The position numbers and the translations under genes were made by a program. This document shows positions 49,923 to 58,715 of a stretch of DNA of 64,000 bases, piece after piece (positions within the stretch are counted from its first letter, which is position 1; each line of letters opens with the position of its first letter). Under the pieces are notes generated by a model, which was given only the letters and a program-made list of their open reading frames with translations, was not told the DNA's origin and did no database searches. Origin of the DNA: Candidatus Aenigmatarchaeota archaeon (lineage in GTDB: Archaea; Aenigmatarchaeota; Aenigmatarchaeia; CG10238-14). The stretch is from contig JASEGC010000001.1 in the NCBI GenBank assembly GCA_030018415.1, positions 407,033-471,032 on the forward strand. The letters run 5' to 3'.

Positions 49923-50570
49923 TCACTTTTTAAGAGCCATTTCACACTGAGAAACTATTTTTTCTATCTCTTCAAATGGATAATTTGCATCAATATTAAC
50001 CAATAACCCTCTTTTTTTATAGAAATCAACCAATGGTTTTGTTTTCCTGTTATACTCCTTCATCCTCACTTTTATAGCTTCTGGGGTCTCATCCTCACGT
50101 TGATATAGTTCTCCTCCACACTCATCGCAAATACCCTCTACTTTCGGTGGAATGTTCTTTACATGGAATATAGCTCCACATTTCTTACAAGTCCTCCTTC
50201 CACTCAACCTTTCTATAATGTTTTCTTCAGAAGCAACAAAATTAAGGACTTTACTTATTTTTCTCATTTTTTCAAGCGCTTCTGCTTGTGGTATCGTCCT
50301 TGGAAATCCGTCTAACAAGAAACCTTTCTTACAATCTTCTTCTTTGAGTCTCTCTTTTATTACATCAATCGTTATATCATCCGGTACTAGATCACCTTTA
50401 GTAATGAAACTCTCCACTTTCTTACCAAGTTCTGAACGTTCTTTTATCGCATCACGAAACATTTGCCCTGTAGAAACATGAGGAATCTTGTATTTTTTTG
50501 ATAGAATCTCGGCATAAGTTCCCTTACCAACACCAGGGGCCCCCAGCAGAACAATATTTAATGTTTTCAT
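49923..50570 (-). CDS. adk: adenylate kinase (long form with Zn-binding lid)
   Basis: LLGAPGVGKGT, LLDGFPRT, and lid CKKCGAIFH...CDECGGEL. Confidence 0.9.
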   Translation of the reverse strand: MKTLNIVLLGAPGVGKGTYAEILSKKYKIPHVSTGQMFRDAIKERSELGKKVESFITKGDLVPDDITIDVIKERLKEEDCKKGFLLDGFPRTIPQAEALEKMRKISKVLNFVASEENIIERLSGRRTCKKCGAIFHVKNIPPKVEGICDECGGELYQREDETPEAIKVRMKEYNRKTKPLVDFYKKRGLLVNIDANYPFEEIEKIVSQCEMALKK

Positions 50571-50626
50571 ATCATTACCCAAGCCTCACTTTTTATAATT
50601 TTATATTTCTAAATTAATGAACGACT

Positions 50627-51178
50627 ATGGAAATCGTATACGTGACGAAGAATAAAGAAAAGGTTGAAACTGCTAGGAGAATATTCAAAGATAAGGTTAA
50701 AATTAAACAAATCAGCCTTGACTTGACAGAACCTCAGTCGATATCACCAAAAGAGATATCAGAGAGCAAAGCAAGACAAGCTTATGAAATATTGAAAAAA
50801 CCTTTGTTTGTCACGGATGTTGGTTTCTGTATAGAAGCTTTCAAAGAATTTCCTGGATCACTCATCAGATTTTTTAACGATTATGTCGGTCAAGAAGCAA
50901 TCCTAAAATTACTTGAAGGTGTAGAAAACAGACGTGCCAAGGCAGTTGTATCACTCACTTTTTTCGATGGTAAGACTATGAAAACCTTTGAAGGTGTAAC
51001 CGAAGGAACTGTAGCAAAGCAGGCATACCCAAAAGGCTGGGAATTTGATAGGATATTCATTCCTGAAGGTTCAAACAAGACCTGGGGCGAGATGGGATCT
51101 GAGGCTAAGGATAAAGAATCTTATTATAAGAAGGCTTTTGAAAAATTTCTCACCTGGTTAGAAGGCAATAAAGCCTAA
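50627..51178 (+). CDS. non-canonical purine NTP pyrophosphatase (HAM1/RdgB family)
   Basis: YVTKNKEKVETARRIF, EPQSISPKEISESKARQAY, FVTDVGFCIEA and FDRIFIP. Confidence 0.75.
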   Translation: MEIVYVTKNKEKVETARRIFKDKVKIKQISLDLTEPQSISPKEISESKARQAYEILKKPLFVTDVGFCIEAFKEFPGSLIRFFNDYVGQEAILKLLEGVENRRAKAVVSLTFFDGKTMKTFEGVTEGTVAKQAYPKGWEFDRIFIPEGSNKTWGEMGSEAKDKESYYKKAFEKFLTWLEGNKA

Positions 51179-51876
51179 ATTCTGCCATTTTTAGCCTGTT
51201 TTCCTGAGTTTTAGCTCTATTTTACATCCAAAACTTGACCCTTTTTCTTTTTTATTGAACTCTCACTTTGGAGTGATATAATAATATTTTAAAATAAAAT
51301 ATATATTAAATTATATAGTTAAAAAAATTGCAAAAAAATATTATAAAAAAATTATACAGTTTTCTATCAATATAATTTAATCAAACTATTAAAATTTATT
51401 TAAATCATTATATAATTTTAGCAAAAAAATGGCATTTCTTACCATACTTTTATGTTGTTTAACCATCATATTTGGCCATCAATTTTCTTTTGCAGTTGAT
51501 GATTCTTTAATCCATGTTTTCCAGTATTTGGAGAGCCTTTCTAGGGCATTACTAAATACTTACTAACTCAATTGTGTCGCTAATAAGCGATTATAAAATA
51601 AGTTTAATTTTATTCTTGACAACATCTATACGTTTTTTATCTTTTAATTCTGCTAAGACTTCATAGAATAAGGCAATTCTACGCCATTTAGAAGACCATT
51701 TAAAATCCTTTGAGTTAAAAATTCGTTTCAACAATTCAAATTCATTCATAGACCCAAACGATGAAAGATAACTCAGTATTCTTCAAAATGTTTTTTGTGG
51801 TCATATATTAACTGTTTAGACAAAGTCTCTCCTTTCTACACTCCTTAAAACGTTCGCAAAATCGTTGACAAAAACT

Positions 51877-52287
51877 TTATATGTACTGCGATTCCTCCCA
51901 CCCCTTTCTATCCATTCTAATACGTTTAAGTTTTGGTTTTAGGATAATTCTAATTGCCCTTTCTAATCTTCTCAAAGCATTCGGAAACTCTGTCCCAAGG
52001 TAATAAAATCTGTATTGTTTGTTGACTAAACCTATAAACCTTAGTCTTTTCAGTACTTTAAAAAATGTGGGACGACTAACTTTACTTTCTGCTAGCACCT
52101 TTCTCATATCCGCTTCATACAATCCAAATTGCCAGGTCCTCTCCTGACTATAAACCCCTTTTTCCAACATTTTTTTCAAGATCAGAGATCCTACTTTAGC
52201 TTGTTTCTCAGATTTAAAGACGACCTTCATTATTTCATCGATATTAGCTCTTTGAGTAATGGTAAAATGATGGAAATCTATAGTCAT
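51877..52287 (-). CDS. winged-helix DNA-binding protein, hypothetical
   Basis: 136 aa. VSRPTFFKVLKRLRFIGLV is HTH-like. Lies in a very A/T-rich 1.9-kb interval. Confidence 0.4.
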   Translation of the reverse strand: MTIDFHHFTITQRANIDEIMKVVFKSEKQAKVGSLILKKMLEKGVYSQERTWQFGLYEADMRKVLAESKVSRPTFFKVLKRLRFIGLVNKQYRFYYLGTEFPNALRRLERAIRIILKPKLKRIRMDRKGWEESQYI

Positions 52288-52491
52288 AAATAATATAGTT
52301 AACTCAGTTAAATAAATAATTAACTCAACTTTATCTTATATATAAATGTTATACTTTTTCTCCATATTTTGATTTTCTAATTTTGAAACATTTTCGTTAA
52401 CTGTCTAGGAAAATCGGTGGTTTTCTAGCAAATGATGGTGATAACATGCTAAAGATGATAAAAAACAATAAAGGAACAATGGAACATTATT

Positions 52492-52800
52492 CTATTTTTT
52501 CTTTTCACTTTCTTCTTTTATACGAGATAACTTCATCAGTACGCCTTCTATAGAATGAGCTAGATCTTCCCCGTCTTTTGTCAGTTCAATGATCTTTACC
52601 CTACCCTGCTTTTTGAACCCAACCAACCCCAATTTTTTGAAATTTTCCAGGAGTTTAACTGTGTGAGAGTACGTGCAGTCCACTTCTTTAGATATTTGTG
52701 TGGCATATCTTGGTCCTTTCTTGAGACTCAACATGATTTTTACTGGTTTAAACCTTAGAAAAAGCCTTGCCAAGCTGGTATCAGTCATCATAGTATTCAT
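52492..52800 (-). CDS. ArsR/MarR-like winged-helix transcriptional regulator
   Basis: IMLSLKKGPRYATQISKEVDCTYSHTVKLLENFKKLGLVGFKKQGRVKIIELT. Confidence 0.6.
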   Translation of the reverse strand: MNTMMTDTSLARLFLRFKPVKIMLSLKKGPRYATQISKEVDCTYSHTVKLLENFKKLGLVGFKKQGRVKIIELTKDGEDLAHSIEGVLMKLSRIKEESEKKK

Positions 52801-53101
52801 TGTATTAATTGATTCCTGGAATATTTATATCTTTTGGTGGTTTAATCAAAATATATATTTTATAAAATAATAAATTTAAAATCATAATAAAAATTTATAT
52901 ATAATATTATATGAGTTAAAATTAAACAAAATAAAATATATAATAAAAAATATATAATAAATTATATTTCACACAATTTTTTAAAAAAAATTTGAGAGTA
53001 TGGATATCTTCACTAATAAGTCGTGACGAATTTAAAATCCCTCTGAAAAAGCCAAAAAGGACCAAAATAGATTAATTAATATATTCTCTCAATATTCTAT
53101 C

Positions 53102-54013
53102 ATGATAATAATAACTTTCCTAGGTACAGTGTCAGGCGTGCCTTCGTTGAGAAGGAACCATCCAGCCATAGCCCTAGAGTATTTTACAGATTATCGTGAT
53201 GTTTTGCTCTTTGACTGCGGTGAGGGTACACAAAAACAATTGATGAAATCGAATATAAGCTTCATGCAGATAAACAAAATCTTCATTTCTCATTGGCATG
53301 CAGATCATTTTGCCGGTTTGATACCGATGATACAGACGATGAACCTTGAGAAAAGAAGTGAGCCTCTGACTGTATACGGTCCAGAGGCAGAAAGATTTAT
53401 CTCTGATATAGTCGACTTAGGTTACTTCGGGTTAAGGTTCCCTGTGAGGGCAGTAGACGTTCCGTTCGAAGGAAGTGAGATATCAGTCGTCGATGAGACA
53501 GAGGATTATAAAATCTTGTCAATACCAGTCTATCATTCTGTTCCATCCGTGGCTTTCTGTTTTCAGGAGAAAGATAAGTGGAATATAGATGAGGACAAAC
53601 TATCGGAATTAGGAGTAAAGAGAGGACCTTGGCTAAAAAATTTGAAGAGAACAGGAAAAATCGAATGGAAGGGTAAGGAGATAAAGATAGAGGATGTTGG
53701 CTACGTGAAAAAAGGATTAAAAGTAGTCTATTCTGGAGATACAAAACCATGCAAGAACATAGTTAAGATATCAAAAAACGCTGATTTGTTGATACATGAT
53801 GGAACCTTCCTAGAAGAGGATGTCGGCAGTAAAGCTCATGCAGACGTGAAAGAAGCTGCTAAACTAGCCAAGCAAGCAGGAGTAAAACAACTCATTCTAA
53901 CTCACATAAGCAGGAGATACACAAATTTAAAAGAATTAGAAGAAGTAGCAAAAAAAGAGTTTAAGAACAGTAAGATTGCCTATGATTTTATGAAGGTTAA
54001 AATAAAGAGTTAA
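53102..54013 (+). CDS. rnz: ribonuclease Z (tRNA 3' endonuclease)
   Basis: ITFLGT, FISHWHADHFAGL and LILTHISRRY. 303 aa. Confidence 0.85.
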   Translation: MIIITFLGTVSGVPSLRRNHPAIALEYFTDYRDVLLFDCGEGTQKQLMKSNISFMQINKIFISHWHADHFAGLIPMIQTMNLEKRSEPLTVYGPEAERFISDIVDLGYFGLRFPVRAVDVPFEGSEISVVDETEDYKILSIPVYHSVPSVAFCFQEKDKWNIDEDKLSELGVKRGPWLKNLKRTGKIEWKGKEIKIEDVGYVKKGLKVVYSGDTKPCKNIVKISKNADLLIHDGTFLEEDVGSKAHADVKEAAKLAKQAGVKQLILTHISRRYTNLKELEEVAKKEFKNSKIAYDFMKVKIKS

Positions 54014-54037
54014 TACGTGAATATATTTTAAGAGTTT

Positions 54038-55612
54038 ATGAAAGAGTTGACACTTACTCTTTTGTTTTTGGTAATTTTTTTATCCATTTCCATTTCTTTA
54101 GTTTATGCTACTGAAATTCCTACTGTACTGACTCAAGAGGCAATACCACCCTCACCACAAAATTTTGGGATTGATGTAAAGTTCATATGCAGGTACATTA
54201 CAGAAAATGGAATGCCTATAGAAGATGCGAATGTTATGTTATTCACAGACATAGGGAAGATTAAGATGCTTTATGAGAATGGTTTATATTATGCTAGACT
54301 TTCTGCAGTTGACGTGGAAGGGTATTACCGAGGTTATTATTTACTAGATGGTAATGATGTATACAGATATGTAGTATACCCACCACTAGATCCGAATAAA
54401 TTAAATTGGAATTGCGAAGCAAGTAAATTAGGTTATCAATCTCAGAGAGGAGAAAAAAATTCTTATACATTGATGGAAACCCCGACAAAACTTATACAAA
54501 AAGTTGAGCCTCCTTTACAAGGTGATTTACCCACTTTCTCATGTATTTATACTACTTCCGATTCGATTTCTCAACCTAATTTAAATTTAGTTTTTCCCAA
54601 GCGTGGACCAAATCCTGTAACAATAACATTTAAACATACAGATCGTACTGGATTTAATTACTACAGTTATAATTATCCTGGTGGTATGCTCAAACCAGGA
54701 ACTTATTTCTGGAATTGTTCTGGGAAGGAATACGGGTTTCAAAAACAAGTGTCACCAATAGAGGAGTATACCGTAATTATGAGAGATCCTTACAATAAAA
54801 TTGAAGATAATATTTTTGACGGCAACAATTCCACTAGGATCTATTATCCTAAGAGCCCTAACGGTAAAGCTGTAATTCTCTTGCCCGGTGGTACTGGCTA
54901 TGGTAAAATTTGTTATGAAACCCCCTCTAGTTTTGTGATTTCGATGGATATATCTGAGCGGCACCCACATTATACCGCATTTATCGATACTATAGTTAAC
55001 CGCGGTTATACTTTCCTTATGCCACATTCATATGGTTGTCTCAAAGATATAGGAGAATATCTTGACAAAGTTATAGATTTTACTCTAAATCATATCAGTA
55101 ACAATATAATTTTGATTGGGCATTCTGCTGGTGGTAGTATAGGTTTTTATTACATCACACATAGAACTTCATTACCAATAACTAATGGTATATTACTCAA
55201 TTTTCCATTTTGGAATTTACATCCCGAAGATTGCGTCAATATAGATAAAAAAACTTATTTAGTTTTTAGTGCTGACGATTCGTCTACAGATTATAATGCT
55301 ATTGAAGATTGTAAGTCACAAAACAATCCAAATGTAGAGATTAAGGTAATTAGTCCAGGCTATGGGCATAGCCCTTTTGATGGAGAAAATAACGAAAAAA
55401 TTGCTTTACCGATGTTTTTCTGGGGACAATGTCCAGGTGATATCAATCGTGATGGTCAAGTAGACATTCGTGACATAGCCACAGTTGCTAAGGCCTTCGG
55501 ATCTTATCCAGGACATTCAAAATGGAATCCAGTTGCTGATATCGACGGAAATGGCATCATCGACATCCTAGACATAGCCAAGGTTGCAAAGAATTTTGGA
55601 AAGAAGTGTTAG
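54038..55612 (+). CDS. secreted alpha/beta-hydrolase (esterase/lipase-like) with C-terminal dockerin
   Basis: Signal peptide. Nucleophile elbow GHSAGG. The C-terminus GDINRDGQVDIRDIATVAKAFG...DIDGNGIIDILDIAKVAKNFG is a two-repeat dockerin. Confidence 0.7.
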   Translation: MKELTLTLLFLVIFLSISISLVYATEIPTVLTQEAIPPSPQNFGIDVKFICRYITENGMPIEDANVMLFTDIGKIKMLYENGLYYARLSAVDVEGYYRGYYLLDGNDVYRYVVYPPLDPNKLNWNCEASKLGYQSQRGEKNSYTLMETPTKLIQKVEPPLQGDLPTFSCIYTTSDSISQPNLNLVFPKRGPNPVTITFKHTDRTGFNYYSYNYPGGMLKPGTYFWNCSGKEYGFQKQVSPIEEYTVIMRDPYNKIEDNIFDGNNSTRIYYPKSPNGKAVILLPGGTGYGKICYETPSSFVISMDISERHPHYTAFIDTIVNRGYTFLMPHSYGCLKDIGEYLDKVIDFTLNHISNNIILIGHSAGGSIGFYYITHRTSLPITNGILLNFPFWNLHPEDCVNIDKKTYLVFSADDSSTDYNAIEDCKSQNNPNVEIKVISPGYGHSPFDGENNEKIALPMFFWGQCPGDINRDGQVDIRDIATVAKAFGSYPGHSKWNPVADIDGNGIIDILDIAKVAKNFGKKC

Positions 55613-55636
55613 GATGACGTTGAACTAAAAAGGTAG

Positions 55637-56638
55637 CTATAATTTTTTCTCTAATCTTTCCACTAGATTTAATTTTTCTTTTAATTTGTTCTTCAATATT
55701 GCGATATTTTCAGTTTGTTCTGGATCAACATTATTCAGAACCGCCAACTCATAACTTAGAATATCGCCTAAGAACACCAGAAACATCATTCTTGCCAATT
55801 TTGACTTTCCTTCAGTCCATATCTCTTCTATTCCTTTAACTTTATCTTTTATCAAGTCTTTGGTAATCTCTATCCTTGCTTTAATCTCTTCTTGTTCGTC
55901 CTTATCCCTCAGTATTAGAACAAAAGAATTCTTGTTCAATCTTTCATTCTGATAACCGACTATTTCATTATGATCTAACTCAGGAAAAAAATCATATTTT
56001 GCAGGCATTTTACTGTTTTCGTTTATCTGAGTCTTGACTCTCTTTGCTACACCAGAAAACTCATCAGAAGAATAAATAACAATCGTAGAATCCTTCATTG
56101 AAAGGGCTAGTTTTTTAATAGAATCAGTCTTTATTCTTTTTAATAATTCGATTGTTTCATCTATTTCTTTCTGTAAATTTATTGATCTGAGTTTCTGTAA
56201 GCATGCAATCATAGTAAAGAACAAGTAAGGCAAGGCTATACGAGGCTGATAGCCAGTTGGAATTAAAATACAAGGTAAATTAAACTTCCCACACCATTCC
56301 TTTAGTTTACCGCCAGAAGTTATCCCGATTATTTTACATTTCTTTTCAACAGCCTCGACGAATTGACTTAAGGTTTCTTCCGTATTCCCAGAATAACTAA
56401 TACAAAAAGTGAGTGTATTTTCATCAACATAAGCAGGCAGATGATAATCCCTGCAAACATCAATAGGTACAGAAATTCTGTTTTTTAACAAGTCTCTTAG
56501 TAAATCACCACAAATAGCAGAACCACCAACGCCACAAACGATTATTTTGTCAAATTTATAATAAGGAATATCAGTCTTTTCAGCTTTTTTTACAGCATCT
56601 AAATACATTTCAGGATATTTTTTTATGATTTCTATCAT
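55637..56638 (-). CDS. bifunctional phosphoglucose/phosphomannose isomerase (SIS domain)
   Basis: IIVCGVGGSAICGDLL and ISYSGNTEET. About 330 aa, typical of archaeal PGI/PMI. Confidence 0.75.
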   Translation of the reverse strand: MIEIIKKYPEMYLDAVKKAEKTDIPYYKFDKIIVCGVGGSAICGDLLRDLLKNRISVPIDVCRDYHLPAYVDENTLTFCISYSGNTEETLSQFVEAVEKKCKIIGITSGGKLKEWCGKFNLPCILIPTGYQPRIALPYLFFTMIACLQKLRSINLQKEIDETIELLKRIKTDSIKKLALSMKDSTIVIYSSDEFSGVAKRVKTQINENSKMPAKYDFFPELDHNEIVGYQNERLNKNSFVLILRDKDEQEEIKARIEITKDLIKDKVKGIEEIWTEGKSKLARMMFLVFLGDILSYELAVLNNVDPEQTENIAILKNKLKEKLNLVERLEKKL

Positions 56639-56715
56639 TGCTTTTCACAAACAATTAAGATAACTTAAAATATTAAAAAATGCCCTTGTCGGGATTCGAA
56701 CCCGAATCACAGGCT

Positions 56716-56728
56716 TGCTGCTATCCAA
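56716..56728 (-). other. 13-nt BHB intron at the canonical 37/38 position of tRNA-Arg
   Basis: Intron TTGGATAGCAGCA. Central helix CTGC/GCAG (index 47-50 / 60-63), bulges GG|T and CA|A. The outer helix is the anticodon stem. Confidence 0.75.
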
Positions 56729-56736
56729 CCGCAGGC

Positions 56737-56749
56737 TTATACACGTGTT
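56737..56749 (-). other. 13-nt BHB intron inside the anticodon-stem 5' strand (between tRNA positions 29 and 30) of tRNA-Arg
   Basis: Intron AACACGTGTATAA. Central helix ATAC/GTAT (tRNA index 26-29 / 39-42), 9-nt loop, junctions 2 nt 3' of each strand (AG|A and AA|G). Confidence 0.7.
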
Positions 56750-56858
56750 CTGTATCTTATCCAAGTTGGACCACAAGGGCAACGATAAACTATTTAAAAG
56801 ATATAATCCCTAAGAAGAAAATACTTAATAAAATCTTAAAGGTGTTGGATTGGCAGAA

Positions 56859-57017
56859 ATGAAATGTACGAGTTGTGGGTTGAACCTTTTAGGTGATGAT
56901 AAATACGTTGGGTTTAAATGTCCAAATTGTTTAAAAGTAGAGATATTTAGATGTTCACGCTGTAAGAGATTATCTACTGAATATTCATGTCCGAGCTGCG
57001 GTTTTAAGGGTCCATGA
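56859..57017 (+). CDS. small zinc-ribbon protein (52 aa)
   Basis: MKCTSCGLNL...FKCPNC...FRCSRCKRL...YSCPSCGF has four CxxC pairs. ATGA overlap with the downstream EF-1beta gene. Below the ORF-track cutoff. Confidence 0.6.
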   Translation: MKCTSCGLNLLGDDKYVGFKCPNCLKVEIFRCSRCKRLSTEYSCPSCGFKGP

Positions 57018-57286
57018 GTATTTTTATGTCCGGAAGTGTCATCATAACTTTCAGAATAATGCCTGAGAGTGTTGAAACAGATTTAGATTTATTGGAAAAA
57101 CTAATAAAAAAGGAGATCAAACCACAGAGAATGGAACGTGTCCCTATTGCCTTCGGTTTAAATTCGATAAACATAGTTAAATTGGTCGAAGAAAAGGAAG
57201 GAGAGATGGATAGGATAACTGAAAAGATCAAGAAGATAAAAGGTGTAAAAGAAGTCGAAGTAATTGGTTTAACGAGGAGTTTGTAA
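57014..57286 (+). CDS. translation elongation factor 1-beta (aEF-1B)
   Basis: VIITFRIMPESVETDLDLLEKLIKKEI...ERVPIAFGLNSINIV is the typical aEF-1beta fold sequence. 90 aa. Confidence 0.8.
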   Translation: MSIFMSGSVIITFRIMPESVETDLDLLEKLIKKEIKPQRMERVPIAFGLNSINIVKLVEEKEGEMDRITEKIKKIKGVKEVEVIGLTRSL

Positions 57287-57317
57287 AAATTTTTATTCTC
57301 ACAATTCATTTTTTATT

Positions 57318-57536
57318 ATGGTCAAAAGAAAAAAACTCAAACCTTGGAAAACTGTTGTTTTTTGGATCTTGGGTGCAGTTTGTGCGCTGATAGCATCGTT
57401 TATTGCAGGTAACATCACTCTAGAACCATGGACTGCAGTTAAATCCTCTATAGCTTTGATGGTGGCATTGTTTTTCTATTTGATAGCAGGATTATTCTGG
57501 ATATCGATTGCTATCGCAGCGAAGGAATCTGATTGA
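57318..57536 (+). CDS. small membrane protein (72 aa)
   Basis: Two hydrophobic helices. No family assigned. Confidence 0.35.
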   Translation: MVKRKKLKPWKTVVFWILGAVCALIASFIAGNITLEPWTAVKSSIALMVALFFYLIAGLFWISIAIAAKESD

Positions 57537-58076
57537 TTATCTAGAGATCACGAACAACCTATGCCGATCACTCTCTTTTAATTCTTCGATTATTCTCTTC
57601 TTTACCATTCTCTTAGGATCAGGTAGCATTTCTATCCTTTTCTTCAATTCTTCAAAACTCTCAAATTTTTTCTTCTTTCTCTCCTCGATTATCGCCCACA
57701 TATGTTTCTTCCCAATACCTGGCAACAGTTCTAAAGTATGTAGTCTAGTCGTGAGAGGACCAGCGACGTTGAAGAAGTTGACGAATTTTGCTTCGTTCTT
57801 GTCTACGATTTTATCTATTGTTACTTCCAGTTCGTCTCTTGCAAACTTAGTCAAATCATTGTATTTTATCCTTCCTTTAATGTATCTGACTTTATCCCTC
57901 TTCTGTTCACCTATGTACACCATATCTCCAGGTTTAACGGTGATATCCTCTTTTAAAACCACCTCCAAAAGGTTTAAGAAATTCATGCCAATTCCTTGAG
58001 CCATGGGTTCAGCTCTTCTGCTATCAGCACGTCCTCTTGATAAGAAATCTAATACTATTATGTATTCATCTTTCAC
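57537..58076 (-). CDS. DUF655-family RNA-binding protein (OB fold plus helix-hairpin-helix)
   Basis: YIIVLDFLSRG...LELLPGIGKKHMWAIIEERKK. Conserved neighbour of rpoF and rpl21e in archaea. Confidence 0.65.
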   Translation of the reverse strand: MKDEYIIVLDFLSRGRADSRRAEPMAQGIGMNFLNLLEVVLKEDITVKPGDMVYIGEQKRDKVRYIKGRIKYNDLTKFARDELEVTIDKIVDKNEAKFVNFFNVAGPLTTRLHTLELLPGIGKKHMWAIIEERKKKKFESFEELKKRIEMLPDPKRMVKKRIIEELKESDRHRLFVISR

Positions 58077-58091
58077 AGAAGTTCACCATGC

Positions 58092-58421
58092 CTAAATAAA
58101 TTTTTTTACATTCTCAAGGATAAAATTCTTCTCATCCTCTGTCAGAAGATTGTAATCTTTTTCCAGAATAAGCCTTAAATCGTCTGTATCTTTTGGCAAC
58201 ATATTCATTATAGCTATGATCTGTCTTTCTCTCAACTTCTTAACTTCTGATAATCTTTCCATCAATTCTTTCACTCTCTTTTCAGTCAACTTATCGTATT
58301 TTTTTAGATAATCTAAAGCATTCTTTTGCTCATAACCGAGTTCTATCTCTTTTTCTCTCTCACTTAAAATTCTCTTCGCTTCTGTGTTTGTTATTAAAGT
58401 CTCTTTTGTTATATCTTCCAT
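58092..58421 (-). CDS. rpoF: RNA polymerase subunit F (Rpo4)
   Basis: 109 aa containing EAKRILSEREKE...ALDYLKKY...RERQIIAIMNMLPKDTDDLRLIL. Synteny with rpl21e. Confidence 0.7.
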   Translation of the reverse strand: MEDITKETLITNTEAKRILSEREKEIELGYEQKNALDYLKKYDKLTEKRVKELMERLSEVKKLRERQIIAIMNMLPKDTDDLRLILEKDYNLLTEDEKNFILENVKKFI

Positions 58422-58715
58422 TCATATCGCCTTCAGATGTTCTGATCTTGCTATTAATTCTTTCTCCTTTTTACCGTTTTTTATTTTGACTATATAAGAT
58501 TTACCCCTTCTATCTATTATAGTTCCCGTTTTTCCAAAAAATCTTTTAAAAGGCATTCCCTTGTGGCTGGATGGAGTAGGATTGATAACGACTTTGCTAC
58601 CCATTTCAAACTCTTGTAAGTATTTTGTTATCGGAGTCTTCTCTCTGGCTTTTCTTCTCAACAAATTTCTCGTTCTCCTTCTTGGGCCTTTAGATTTTTG
58701 GACCATTTCAATCAC
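58422..58715 (-). CDS. rpl21e: ribosomal protein L21e
   Basis: KSKGPRRRTRNLLRRKAREK...GMPFKRFFGKTGTIIDRRGKSYIVKI. Confidence 0.9.
   Translation of the reverse strand: MIEMVQKSKGPRRRTRNLLRRKAREKTPITKYLQEFEMGSKVVINPTPSSHKGMPFKRFFGKTGTIIDRRGKSYIVKIKNGKKEKELIARSEHLKAI

Larger units (their letters stand above)
56681..56780 (-). tRNA. tRNA-Arg(GCG), 100-nt gene with two 13-nt introns (mature 74 nt)
   Basis: Minus strand: acceptor GCCCTTG/CAAGGGC plus A. T-arm TCGGG-TTCGAAT-CCCGA. After removing 56737..56749 and 56716..56728, the anticodon arm is CAGGC-CTGCGGA-GCCTG (anticodon GCG at 56730..56732). Followed by a T6 run. Confidence 0.8.

Noticed and set aside
56739-56755. The perfect hairpin ATACA-GAACACG-TGTAT as the anticodon arm of the 100-nt tRNA.
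   Set aside because: Its 7-nt loop lacks U33 and leaves no D-arm or variable region consistent with a cloverleaf. It is instead the central helix of the BHB motif for intron 1.
56680-56862. A 60-aa ORF on the plus strand from the ORF track.
   Set aside because: It is antisense to and fully overlaps the tRNA-Arg gene, and its sequence is simply the tRNA complement.
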